Source of the DNA: Fimbriimonadaceae bacterium
GTDB lineage: Bacteria; Armatimonadota; Fimbriimonadia; Fimbriimonadales; Fimbriimonadaceae
Direction: 5' to 3'
Assembly (NCBI GenBank): GCA_019454105.1
Contig: CP075364.1
Location: 311,362 to 375,361, forward strand
Length of the DNA stretch: 64,000 bases
In this document: positions 28,506-37,527 of the stretch, in pieces
Layout: every line of letters starts with the position of its first letter
Numbering within the stretch: position 1 is the stretch's first letter
Program-made: the position numbers and the translations under genes
The notes under the pieces: generated by a model
The model's database searches: none
What the model saw: the letters and a program-made list of their open reading frames with translations, nothing else
What the model was told of the DNA's origin: nothing

Positions 28506-29284
28506 GCAAGTTGCGCGAGATTCTGGAGCACAAACGGCGCGAACTGCCGTCGCTCCTTGCGAACCGACCCTTGACTGAGGTTCGGGCGCGAGCGTTGGAC
28601 GCTGGGCCATGCCGAGGGTTTGCCCGCGCGTTGGCCGAGTCGCCTCATCCAGTCGCCTTGATCGCCGAGGTCAAGAAAGCGAGCCCTTCGCGGGGTGTCA
28701 TTCGTGCGGACCTTGATCCAGTGGTGTTAGCCCGGGAATACGAAGCGGCTGGGGCCGACTGTCTGAGTGTCTTGACAGACGAGCCTTTTTTTCAAGGTTC
28801 TGCCGACAACTTGGTCAATTCGCGCGAAGCGGTGGGCATACCGGTGCTGAGAAAGGACTTCACGACGGACGCCTACCACGTTTGGGAGGCGCGGGCGATG
28901 GGGGCCGACGCCGTCCTGCTGATCGTCAACGGCCTGACCCGATCGGAACTAAGAGACCTGAGGGGTTTAGCCGAAGAGCTTGGGATGGACGCGTTGGTCG
29001 AGGCCCACACGCTCGAAGAGGCGGAGACTGCCTTGGAATCTGGAGCGACATTGCTCGGGATCAACAATCGGGACTTGGAGAACTTTGAGACCGACCTTGG
29101 AGCTTCGTGTGCGGTGATCCCAAAGGTTGATGGCCGCGCGCTGGTGGTCAGCGAGTCGGCGATCGAAGGGCCTGAGGCGGTGGAACGGGTGCGGGCGGCG
29201 GGAGCCAGGGCGGTACTGATCGGCACCGAGTTTTGCCGCTCAGAAGAACCCGGGCGGCGGGTCCGTGAGGTCATGGGTTGGTGA
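28502..29284 (+). CDS. trpC: Indole-3-glycerol phosphate synthase
   Basis: IAEVKKASPSRG, LSVLTDEPFFQGS, GINNRDL and SESAI are present. The GTG overlaps the trpD stop. Confidence 0.95.
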   Translation: MSKLREILEHKRRELPSLLANRPLTEVRARALDAGPCRGFARALAESPHPVALIAEVKKASPSRGVIRADLDPVVLAREYEAAGADCLSVLTDEPFFQGSADNLVNSREAVGIPVLRKDFTTDAYHVWEARAMGADAVLLIVNGLTRSELRDLRGLAEELGMDALVEAHTLEEAETALESGATLLGINNRDLENFETDLGASCAVIPKVDGRALVVSESAIEGPEAVERVRAAGARAVLIGTEFCRSEEPGRRVREVMGW

Positions 29285-29877
29285 CGCGCGTCAAGATTTG
29301 CGGGCTGACCAGGATCATCGATGTTGAAGCAGCCATCGACCTTGGCGCCCACGCGGTCGGCTTTGTGATGGAGCCGAGCAGCCCACGATGTGTGGCAGGC
29401 GACGAACGGTTGATGGAGGCCGTGCGCATTCTTGGGCCCTACGTCGTGAGGGTGAGCGTTTTTGGAGAGTATCAGCCGGGCTCACCAGAGTTCGACCGAG
29501 TCCAGTCTTGGTCGCCCTTGTTCCTGAGCCGGGACGACGCGGTGACGGTGGTGCGCCCGGGCCTAGGCCTTGAAGAGCAACTCTCGATGATGACGAGCCA
29601 TTCGCACCAGGTGCGGGCGGTGGTGGTGGACGGCTACTCGCCGGGTCAGGCTGGCGGAACAGGTCTGCGACCTCCGGACGACTTCGTCGAGCGCGTCGCC
29701 ACGGCGGGACCCTGGAAACTGGTTTTGGCCGGCGGTCTGACCCCCGACAACGTCGCCGAGCGGGTGCGCCGTCACAGGCCGTACGCGGTTGATGTGAGCA
29801 GCGGAGTCGAGTCGTCGCCCGGGGTCAAGGATCCAGCCATGATGCGCGACTTCATAGCGGCGGTCGTGGCAGGCTGA
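29278..29877 (+). CDS. trpF: Phosphoribosylanthranilate isomerase
   Basis: VKICGLTR, GFVMEPSSPR and LAGGLTPDNV are present. GTG 29281 (GTGA overlap with trpC) is the likelier start. Confidence 0.9.
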   Translation: MVTRVKICGLTRIIDVEAAIDLGAHAVGFVMEPSSPRCVAGDERLMEAVRILGPYVVRVSVFGEYQPGSPEFDRVQSWSPLFLSRDDAVTVVRPGLGLEEQLSMMTSHSHQVRAVVVDGYSPGQAGGTGLRPPDDFVERVATAGPWKLVLAGGLTPDNVAERVRRHRPYAVDVSSGVESSPGVKDPAMMRDFIAAVVAG

Positions 29878-30023
29878 TGGGCCCGTCGCGGGAACTCCAC
29901 GAATCCTGGTGGCGTCGGCATTGAGGTCGGTCAGGTTCAAGCCGGTGGCGGGAAGTCCCAATCGGCGGCACGGACTTGGCGGATCGGTGTACTCTCTCCC
30001 GCATTCATACTGGAGGCTGACCT

Positions 30024-30998
30024 TTGGGCCTGGCCATTGAAACTCGTAACCTCGTCAAGAAATACAAAACTCGTAAAGGATCCTCGATCACCGTCGTGGA
30101 CAACGTTGATCTTCAGGTAGAGCCTGGAGAGATTTTTGGCTTCTTAGGGCCTAACGGCGCTGGGAAGACGACAACGATCAAGATCCTCTTGGGCATCATC
30201 TACCAGACTTCCGGGGACGCTTTCATCTTGGGCAAGGAAGCTGGAGACATCGCGGTCCATCGCGAACTGAGCTACTTGCCGGAAAAGCCTTACTATTACG
30301 AACACATGACTGGCCTGGAAGTGATGCAGTTCTACGCAAGCTTGTTCGGCATGAAGGACATCGCTAAATGCAAGAGCCTTCTCGAACGCGTGAACCTTGG
30401 AAACGACATGAACCGTCCGATCAGCCAATATTCGAAGGGAATGCAGCAACGGGTCGGTTTAGCCCAGAGCCTGCTCAACGACCCGAAGCTCTTGTTCTTG
30501 GACGAACCCACCGGAGGCCTGGACCCCATCGCGCACATTGAAATCCGCGACCTGATCCTTCAGTTTCGGGAGGAAGGCAAGACGGTGTTCATTTCTAGCC
30601 ATGAACTGAGCGATGTCGAAAGGATCTGCGACCGGGTCGCCATCATCAACAAGGGCGCGGTCGTGGCTCAGGGCCGCCTGGAAGAGCTCCTTGTCGGGGG
30701 CCGTATCGAGGTTACGGCCAACAACTGCACGACAGAACTGGCTGACAGTCTGCGGGACTCGCACAATCTCGTTTCGATCAATCATGGTCGAATGATCGTC
30801 GACATTCCAGACTCGAAGAACCCCAATGACCTGGTAGGGGCGATCGCGAAGGCGGGCGGAGAGATCGTGAGCGTCATCCCAAGGCGAAAGCGACTTGAGG
30901 ACTTCTTCCTTGAGGCCGTCTCGGGCGACAACATCGCCAAAGGGCGCCACCAACCCAGTATGCTGGAAGCGACTGAAACCGAGGAGACAGATTCGTGA
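30024..30998 (+). CDS. ABC transporter ATP-binding protein (ABC-2 type)
   Basis: Walker A GPNGAGKTT, signature YSKGMQQR, Walker B LLFLDEPTGGLD and an H-loop SSHEL are present. The TTG start has GGAGG 7 nt upstream. Confidence 0.9.
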   Translation: MGLAIETRNLVKKYKTRKGSSITVVDNVDLQVEPGEIFGFLGPNGAGKTTTIKILLGIIYQTSGDAFILGKEAGDIAVHRELSYLPEKPYYYEHMTGLEVMQFYASLFGMKDIAKCKSLLERVNLGNDMNRPISQYSKGMQQRVGLAQSLLNDPKLLFLDEPTGGLDPIAHIEIRDLILQFREEGKTVFISSHELSDVERICDRVAIINKGAVVAQGRLEELLVGGRIEVTANNCTTELADSLRDSHNLVSINHGRMIVDIPDSKNPNDLVGAIAKAGGEIVSVIPRRKRLEDFFLEAVSGDNIAKGRHQPSMLEATETEETDS

Positions 30999-31786
30999 CT
31001 GCGATCTGGTCGATCGCCCGGACGACGCTCAATGAGGCGATCCGTCGTCGCGTGCTCCTGGTTATCCTCTTGATTGGGATACTGTTCTTGGTCATCGCCC
31101 CTGGGCTTGAGGCGTTGTCCCCTCGACAAGAGATCACAGTCCTTAAATCGTTGACACTGGGCGTCATCCAGCTCACGAGCGCCGTCATTGCCATCGTCCT
31201 TACGGTCTATCTGATCCCGAACGAGATCGAGCGGAGAACGATCTATACGATCCTTTCGAAGCCAGTCTTGCGTTGGCAATTCTTGGTTGGTAAGTACTTG
31301 GGTGCGGTCTTGGCCCTCGGGTTGATGATGGCCCTGATGACGGGAGCTCTTCTCCTTGTCTTCATGATCATGCAGGACACACGCGACCTGGCGACCCTTG
31401 GGGAAATGGTGCGCGTGCCCTTTATGTTCTTTGTCCAGATGTCCCTTCTGGCTGCGGTGGCGGTGTTCTTCAGTACCTTCGTCTCGCCGATCGTCAACTT
31501 CTTCCTGGCTGGAGGCGTGTACCTTGTGGGCACGGTCTTCAACTCGCTGTTCCAGGTGTTATCGGAGAACAAGGACATCAATCCGCTCGTTAAGAGCGCG
31601 GCCGGACTTGTCCATGCGGTGATCCCAAACTTCCAGTACTTCAACGTACAGAACACAGCGATCAATCCAGGGCAGGGTATTCAAAGCGAGTCGCTCTATT
31701 ACCTACAGATGACCGGCTACGCTCTGTTCTACATTGCGGCGTTGTTGGCAGGCGCGATCCTGATCTTTGACCGGCGGGAGGTCTGA
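30995..31786 (+). CDS. ABC-2 family permease
   Basis: It has six hydrophobic segments. The GTG overlaps the ATPase stop (GTGA). Confidence 0.8.
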   Translation: MTAIWSIARTTLNEAIRRRVLLVILLIGILFLVIAPGLEALSPRQEITVLKSLTLGVIQLTSAVIAIVLTVYLIPNEIERRTIYTILSKPVLRWQFLVGKYLGAVLALGLMMALMTGALLLVFMIMQDTRDLATLGEMVRVPFMFFVQMSLLAAVAVFFSTFVSPIVNFFLAGGVYLVGTVFNSLFQVLSENKDINPLVKSAAGLVHAVIPNFQYFNVQNTAINPGQGIQSESLYYLQMTGYALFYIAALLAGAILIFDRREV

Positions 31787-31788
31787 AG

Positions 31789-33168
31789 GTGAGGCTGAAG
31801 CGCAGACCGGTTTTAGTCCTCCTGGCGGCCGTGGCCATTTTTCAGGCAGCGACCCACATGACCGCTTATTCCACTTGGAAAAAGAACTACGCGCCAGCGG
31901 TCGGTGACTATTCGGGCCTGTCACCTGATCAGTTCCTCTTTGCCTTGGCTGGATTCCGAGAGCTTGTGGCCGGGATCCTATGGGTGAGGGCCGACGCCTT
32001 CTTCGATGAAGGCAACTTCGACGCGATCCTGCCGATCATCCGACTGGTCACGATCCTTGACCCTCACCAGATCGACGTTTATGCCACCGGCATGTGGCAC
32101 ATTGCCTACAACTTTACCGACGAGGGGTCACGGTCAGACCGAAGGTACGTTCCCAGCGCGGTCGCCCTCGGAGTCGAAGGGGCCAAGAACAACCCACAGA
32201 CCTACGAGCTGTTCTACGAGACCGGATGGCTTTACTACCATAAGATTGAGGACGACTACGACCAGTCTGTCAAGTGGTTCGAGCAGGCCATGGAACGGCC
32301 GGACGTCATCACCGCCCGCCGGAACATCCTCAACATGGCATATCAAAGGGCGGGGATGGTCGATAAGGCGACAAACTATCTGGAAGATCTCCTGAGCAAA
32401 GCGGAGAAGGAACTCGAAGAAGGTAAGAAGAGCAGTCGGCAAGGTCTGGATCTGTTCCAGCTGCGTCAGAACCGGGACACGCTTGAGAACATCTTCGACA
32501 ACCATCTGATCCGTATGGCCCAACGCGGCTGGCTAGCGAAACAGGGCGGCTACTACGACAGTTGGGAGTACGACACCAAGCCACCATTCGATGTGGGCTT
32601 CAGCGCCCAAGTCACCGTGGTCGATCCTAAGGTCATTCGAGTGATTGGAACTTGGAACGTTGTCCCAGTCGGCACCCGGGTCAGAATCGTTCTGCGCGAC
32701 GCGAACTATCCGGACGCTCAACCTGGAGGACTTGAGTGGTACCAAGGTCAAAAGATCGAGCTCGATCCCCCCAAAGACCTCACGTTCATGCAGGACCAGT
32801 TGTTCGTCAGGAACCAAAGATTTGACAGAAGGATCGACATGGGCCGAGACCCGACGATGTACCCCTTCGTGGCCGAGGAGTACTTGATCGAGTTCTACTA
32901 TAGTCCCCGCCAAGCCCCTGCCTATATTCAGGACAAGTTCGGCTGGAACGGAGAAGGAATGACCGACAAGAACTTCTTGAACACAGAAATCCGGCCGGGG
33001 CAGCGCGTGGTCTACACAACGCTCAAACTCACCCGTGACCAATTGCTCCGCCGCGGCCCTTGGAAGGATCAGGCCCCGACGGTCCAAACCTCCAACTTCC
33101 GAGGGGTCACGCTCACGCCAGACGGCGACAACATCATTCGCGTTCCCGGTATCCTGACCAACCCGTGA
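31789..33168 (+). CDS. Membrane-anchored protein of unknown family (helical-repeat N-half, beta-rich C-half), third gene of ABC-2 operon
   Basis: GTG 31789 lies 2 nt after the permease stop, with GGGAGG 8 nt upstream. The N-terminal anchor is RRPVLVLLAAVAIFQAA. I recognised no family. Confidence 0.6.
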   Translation: MRLKRRPVLVLLAAVAIFQAATHMTAYSTWKKNYAPAVGDYSGLSPDQFLFALAGFRELVAGILWVRADAFFDEGNFDAILPIIRLVTILDPHQIDVYATGMWHIAYNFTDEGSRSDRRYVPSAVALGVEGAKNNPQTYELFYETGWLYYHKIEDDYDQSVKWFEQAMERPDVITARRNILNMAYQRAGMVDKATNYLEDLLSKAEKELEEGKKSSRQGLDLFQLRQNRDTLENIFDNHLIRMAQRGWLAKQGGYYDSWEYDTKPPFDVGFSAQVTVVDPKVIRVIGTWNVVPVGTRVRIVLRDANYPDAQPGGLEWYQGQKIELDPPKDLTFMQDQLFVRNQRFDRRIDMGRDPTMYPFVAEEYLIEFYYSPRQAPAYIQDKFGWNGEGMTDKNFLNTEIRPGQRVVYTTLKLTRDQLLRRGPWKDQAPTVQTSNFRGVTLTPDGDNIIRVPGILTNP

Positions 33169-33184
33169 GCACGGTGCCGGTCGC

Positions 33185-33209
33185 GGCCGGACGGGATTCC
33201 CGTCCGGCC
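33185..33209 (+). terminator. Perfect 11-bp GC hairpin after the ABC-2 operon (no U-tract)
   Basis: ggccggacggg-att-cccgtccggcc, 17 nt after the stop at 33168. It abuts the 5' end of the ffs helix. Confidence 0.35.
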
Positions 33210-33302
33210 GGGAACTGCGCGGCAGCAGGTCGGTGAACCCCGCCAGGGCCGGAAGGCAGCAACGGTAAGTCGATTCTCTGGGCGACGCAATCTTCCCGGC
33301 AC
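33205..33302 (+). ncRNA. ffs: Signal recognition particle RNA (small/4.5S type)
   Basis: The domain IV motif is ggtgaaccccgCCAGGgcc-GGAA-ggcAGCAacgg. It carries the GGAA tetraloop and the conserved AGG/AGCA symmetric loop. I hand-folded a long hairpin closed by ccgggaa (33208-14) / ttcccgg (33293-99). The position immediately upstream of dnaX is the classical synteny. The ends are approximate. Confidence 0.75.
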
Positions 33303-33323
33303 CCTCTGCCCGGTTCCTGCGCG

Positions 33324-34880
33324 ATGGCTCACCTGGCCCTCTACAGAAAATACCGAAGCCAGAAGTTCGCCGACCTGATCGGTCAGGATCCGGTTGTCCG
33401 CACTCTTCAGAACGCGATCGAGAAAGGCCGGACAGCACACGCGTATCTCTTCACTGGCCCGAGAGGCACGGGCAAGACCTCCGCCGCCCGACTTCTGGCG
33501 AAAGCCCTCACTTGTGTCCACGGCCCCGCCCCAGAACCGTGTAACGAGTGCGAGAACTGCCATTCGATCATGGACGGGTCGGCCATGGATCTGATCGAGA
33601 TCGACGCTGCCAGCGAATCGGGCGTCGACAATGTGCGAGAGACTATCGTTGAGGCGGTGGACTACCACCCGACCACGTTCCGCTACAAAGTCTTCATCAT
33701 CGACGAAGTCCACGATCTGTCCAGGAACGCGTTCGATGCCCTGCTCAAAACGATCGAGGAACCCCCGGCCCACGTGGTTTTCATCCTCGCGACAACCGAG
33801 TTCAACCGTGTGCCGCCGACCATACGGTCGCGGTGCCAAAGGTTCGAGTTCCATCGCGGCACCGTGCAAGACCTTCATAAACGCCTGGCTCAAGTGGCCG
33901 AGGCGGAAGGGATCCAGGCGGAACCGGCCGCGCTGGGAGTCATCGCGAAAATGGCCGATGGGGGATATCGCGACGCTTTGACTTTGCTCGAACAGGCCAT
34001 GGTCACGGCTGATGGGCCGATCACCCAGGAGCACGTCTTTCAGCAGTTGGGGCTCATTTCTGAAGACGCGCTCGACGCGCTCATCCAAGCCGTCCACAAC
34101 GCGGAGCCTCGACCCATTGTCGAAAAATTGGACGAGATCTATCGCAGCGGGCGCGACCCGCGCACCATTGTCGAGGCAATGCTCATGCGGCTCTCGGACT
34201 TGATGCGCGCCTCATATGGTCTCTCGTCATCGACCTCCAACGACTCGAGCCTTGAGGCCGCCACCCGTTCGCTGTCGGTCGAAATCGGACAGGCCGACTT
34301 GATCAGGCTCCAAGGACGGCTGGCCAAGATCCATGCGCTCATCCGTGACGTCACCATCCCACGGGTCTGGCTGGAATCGAGCCTCATGGGCCACAGCGAC
34401 CCGCCGCCCGTTGCCGCCAAAGATCCCGCAACGGTCCCGACTCCGAGAGCCGCATCCCAGGCCGCTGCCCCAGCCCCGGCGTCGGTCCAGCCCTTGAGCG
34501 AAGACCCGAAGGCACAAGAACTGACCACGATCTGGAAAAAAGTCTACGATGAACTGGCCCCTCAAGCGAAGGTCGTCGCCGTCAGGCTCGCCAAAACACG
34601 AATCATTCCAGTGAGCCCGGGCGTCGCCCTCGTCGAGTTCGAGCGACTGGTCGATCTGGACTACGTCCAAGAACGGCCCAAGGCCCAGGGCGCGATCCGT
34701 GAGAGTTGGAGGCGACACGGCGGCGAAGGCACAGAGCTCGTCTTCGGTGCAGCGGCAAAGCAAGCCCCGAGCCCAGCGGAACCCGAGACAGTCACAGTAG
34801 AATTACCCCTCGAAGGCAGTCGGTTGATCGCGGCCGTAAAGGACGTGTTCGGACAGCCTGAAGGAGGCAAGCAGACATGA
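33324..34880 (+). CDS. dnaX: DNA polymerase III subunit tau (gamma/tau)
   Basis: YRKYRSQKFADLIGQD, GPRGTGKTS, the zinc module CNECENC and IIDEVHDL are present. Confidence 0.95.
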   Translation: MAHLALYRKYRSQKFADLIGQDPVVRTLQNAIEKGRTAHAYLFTGPRGTGKTSAARLLAKALTCVHGPAPEPCNECENCHSIMDGSAMDLIEIDAASESGVDNVRETIVEAVDYHPTTFRYKVFIIDEVHDLSRNAFDALLKTIEEPPAHVVFILATTEFNRVPPTIRSRCQRFEFHRGTVQDLHKRLAQVAEAEGIQAEPAALGVIAKMADGGYRDALTLLEQAMVTADGPITQEHVFQQLGLISEDALDALIQAVHNAEPRPIVEKLDEIYRSGRDPRTIVEAMLMRLSDLMRASYGLSSSTSNDSSLEAATRSLSVEIGQADLIRLQGRLAKIHALIRDVTIPRVWLESSLMGHSDPPPVAAKDPATVPTPRAASQAAAPAPASVQPLSEDPKAQELTTIWKKVYDELAPQAKVVAVRLAKTRIIPVSPGVALVEFERLVDLDYVQERPKAQGAIRESWRRHGGEGTELVFGAAAKQAPSPAEPETVTVELPLEGSRLIAAVKDVFGQPEGGKQT

Positions 34881-35212
34881 AGCTCCCCAAAAATTTTGGT
34901 GGTCAAGGCTTTGCGGGGGCCCTGCAACAGGCGCAGCAGGCGATGGCCCGCGCCCAGAACCTTGAGCAAGAACTCGCCGCCGAGCGGGTCACGGTGGACA
35001 AGGGCCCGGTCAAGGCCGTCTTTATCGGCACCGGAGAGATCGAGTCCCTCAAGATCGATCCGTCGGTCGTCGATCCCGAAGACGTTGAAGCGCTCGAAGA
35101 CCTCATCCTCGGTGCGGTCCGCGATGGGTTCACCAAAACGAGCGAATTGCGCAACTCCCGGGTTCAAGAACTGATGCCTAATATCCCGGGCATGGATAAG
35201 CTCATTCGGTGA
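34877..35212 (+). CDS. ybaB: Nucleoid-associated protein YbaB/EbfC
   Basis: 111 aa, with QQAQQAMARAQNLEQELA...V..G.GEIESLKIDPSVVDPEDVEALEDLI. The ATG overlaps the dnaX stop. Confidence 0.9.
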   Translation: MKLPKNFGGQGFAGALQQAQQAMARAQNLEQELAAERVTVDKGPVKAVFIGTGEIESLKIDPSVVDPEDVEALEDLILGAVRDGFTKTSELRNSRVQELMPNIPGMDKLIR

Positions 35213-35808
35213 GCCCGTTCCCAGGCCCGCTTGCCGCCCTCATCGCCGAGTTCGAGCGGTTGCCAGGGGTCGGCGTCAAATCGGCCCAACGCCTGGCTTT
35301 TCACGTCCTGCGAATGCCGGTCGATGATGTCAGACGCTTCGGCCAAGCACTGACCCAGGCCCGAGAGTCGCTCGGGTTCTGTCGCGTCTGCCAGAACATC
35401 AGTGAGGGAGAAACATGCGAGATCTGTAGCGACCCGCGTCGCCGAGCCGATCAAATCTGCGTGGTCGCCGAACCCAAGGACATCGCCGCCATGGAGCGCC
35501 TCAACGAGTATCGTGGGCTTTATCATGTCCTCCATGGACTCCTCAGCCCGCTCGACGGCATCGGCCCGGAGAACCTCAAGATGCGCGAGTTGATCGAGCG
35601 GCTCCGCGACGAATCCATGCAGGAAGTCGTCGTTGCGACGAACCCGACGGTCGAAGGCGACACGACCGCCCTCTATCTCGCCAGGCTCATCAAACCCCTC
35701 GGAGTGAGGGTCACGCGGCTCGCTCATGGGATGCCCGTCGGAGGAGAACTCGACTATGCCGACACGGCGACTTTGTTGAGCGCGTTCGAATACCGGCGCG
35801 AGCTATGA
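35209..35808 (+). CDS. recR: Recombination protein RecR
   Basis: LPGVGVKSAQRLAFH, the zinc finger CRVCQNISEGETCEIC and the Toprim region VVEPKDIAAMER are present. Confidence 0.95.
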   Translation: MSPFPGPLAALIAEFERLPGVGVKSAQRLAFHVLRMPVDDVRRFGQALTQARESLGFCRVCQNISEGETCEICSDPRRRADQICVVAEPKDIAAMERLNEYRGLYHVLHGLLSPLDGIGPENLKMRELIERLRDESMQEVVVATNPTVEGDTTALYLARLIKPLGVRVTRLAHGMPVGGELDYADTATLLSAFEYRREL

Positions 35809-37043
35809 GGTTCCTCGTCCTGGGTGCAGGAGGTCGCGAGCACGCCCTGGCCTGGAAACTCGCCCAAGAAGCTGAGGTCGTCGTCGCTCCTGGCAACCCG
35901 GGTGCAGCGGAGGATGTCGAAACCGAGACCGTGGCGTTGGGCGACGCCTCAGCGGTCTTGGCCCTTGCCAAGCGTGTGGCTGCCGACGTCGTCGTCGTGG
36001 GTCCCGAAGATCCACTCATAGCCGGAGTGGCCGATGCCCTTCGCGAATCGGGCTTTGCCACCGTCGGCCCGGGGAAAGAAGGGGCCAGGCTCGAAGCGAG
36101 CAAGGCTTGGGCCAAGGAGGCGATGGCCCGGGCAGGAGTGCCGACAGCCGCGTCCCGCGCGTTCGTCCAGTTCGCCGCGGCCGCCGACTACGCCCGATCC
36201 AGGTTCAATGAGGGCCATGGCGTCGCCGTCAAAGCGAGCGGCGCGGCCCTGGGGAAGGGCGTGGCCGTGTGTTCGGAACTTGAATCCGCCATGGAGGCGC
36301 TCGAAAGGATGCTCGTGCACCGCGAACTGGGCGAGGCCGGGGCCGAAGTGGTCGTCGAAGACCGCTTGGTCGGGCAGGAGTTCTCGCTCCTCACCCTCGT
36401 CAGCGACGGTCGCTTCTTCAGTCTCCCCGTAGCCCAAGACCACAAGCGCCTGCTCGATGGCGACGAAGGGCCGAACACCGGGGGGATGGGCACCTTCAGC
36501 CCGGTCGATTGGGTTTCCGAAGAACTCGTCCAAACGACGGAGGACCAGGTCGTCGCGCCGATCCTCGCAGCTGTGCCTGGCTATCGCGGGGTGCTCTTCA
36601 GCGGGCTCATGGTCGTCGATGGGCGGCCCTTCTGCCTGGAGTACAACGTCCGATTTGGCGACCCGGAGACTCAGTCGGTGGTGCGACGCTTGGGCGCGGG
36701 GTTCGCTGAGGCACTTTCCGCCGTGGCCCAAGGAGCGCCACTTCCGCCGATCGAGGCCCTGGACAACTGTGCAGTCACGGTTGTTATGGCTAGTGCCGGC
36801 TACCCGGGGCCTTACACAAAAGGCATCCCAATCACGGTTGGCCCGTTGCCCGAGGGAGTCAAGCTCTTTCACGCCGGGACGGCCCTCCATGAAGGGTGCC
36901 TCGTGACGGCTGGTGGAAGGGTGCTCGGAGTCAGCGCCACCGGCCCCACCCTCGAAGAGGCGGCAGACAAAGCCTATGCCGCCATCGGGTCGGTCCGCTT
37001 CGAAGGACGGCAGTACCGAACGGACATCGGGCGCACTCGCTAA
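35805..37043 (+). CDS. purD: Phosphoribosylamine--glycine ligase
   Basis: MRFLVLGAGGREHALAWKL, the ATP-grasp region and GPNTGGMG are present. The ATG overlaps the recR stop. Confidence 0.95.
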   Translation: MRFLVLGAGGREHALAWKLAQEAEVVVAPGNPGAAEDVETETVALGDASAVLALAKRVAADVVVVGPEDPLIAGVADALRESGFATVGPGKEGARLEASKAWAKEAMARAGVPTAASRAFVQFAAAADYARSRFNEGHGVAVKASGAALGKGVAVCSELESAMEALERMLVHRELGEAGAEVVVEDRLVGQEFSLLTLVSDGRFFSLPVAQDHKRLLDGDEGPNTGGMGTFSPVDWVSEELVQTTEDQVVAPILAAVPGYRGVLFSGLMVVDGRPFCLEYNVRFGDPETQSVVRRLGAGFAEALSAVAQGAPLPPIEALDNCAVTVVMASAGYPGPYTKGIPITVGPLPEGVKLFHAGTALHEGCLVTAGGRVLGVSATGPTLEEAADKAYAAIGSVRFEGRQYRTDIGRTR

Positions 37044-37453
37044 GCCGAAACAGGGTTCTTGCCGGGCCAATGACCGTGCCACGCCCGCCACGCCTGCCGC
37101 ACCGATAGCACTGTGTTCAAGGCTTGGAGCAGCACCACGATAACAAAACCCACTGCGAAACGGAGCACGAACTCCCACCAGTTCACGCTCTCCCAACCCG
37201 ATTTGGCATAGTCCATCAACCTGGTGGCCGTATAGATCAACGACACAAGGCCGCCCAAGCAAAGCAACCCTTGGAGCCACAAAGTCTCGAACAGCGCCCG
37301 CCGAGCGTGCGCAGCGACAAAAGCCCGCTCGCGCCCCAAGACCCACCCCACGAGTGGCCCGATCAAAGGCCAGAACACGCTCGACACATGCACGGCCGCC
37401 GCCCAACGACGCTCGGGGAGCGTGACTTCGGCGCCACCTTCGACAAGATCCAT
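37040..37453 (-). CDS. DUF4870-like small membrane protein
   Basis: ERRWAAAVHVSSVFWPLIGPLVGWVLGRERAFVAAHARRALFE fits the DUF4870 pattern. Its stop overlaps the purD stop convergently. Confidence 0.6.
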   Translation of the reverse strand: MDLVEGGAEVTLPERRWAAAVHVSSVFWPLIGPLVGWVLGRERAFVAAHARRALFETLWLQGLLCLGGLVSLIYTATRLMDYAKSGWESVNWWEFVLRFAVGFVIVVLLQALNTVLSVRQAWRAWHGHWPGKNPVSA

Positions 37454-37527
37454 CGTTCCTCCTCAGATGCGGCCCAATCGGCCTTCGCGTTGCAGGCCCT
37501 GGGGCCGCCAACCGGTAGCATGTCCCC

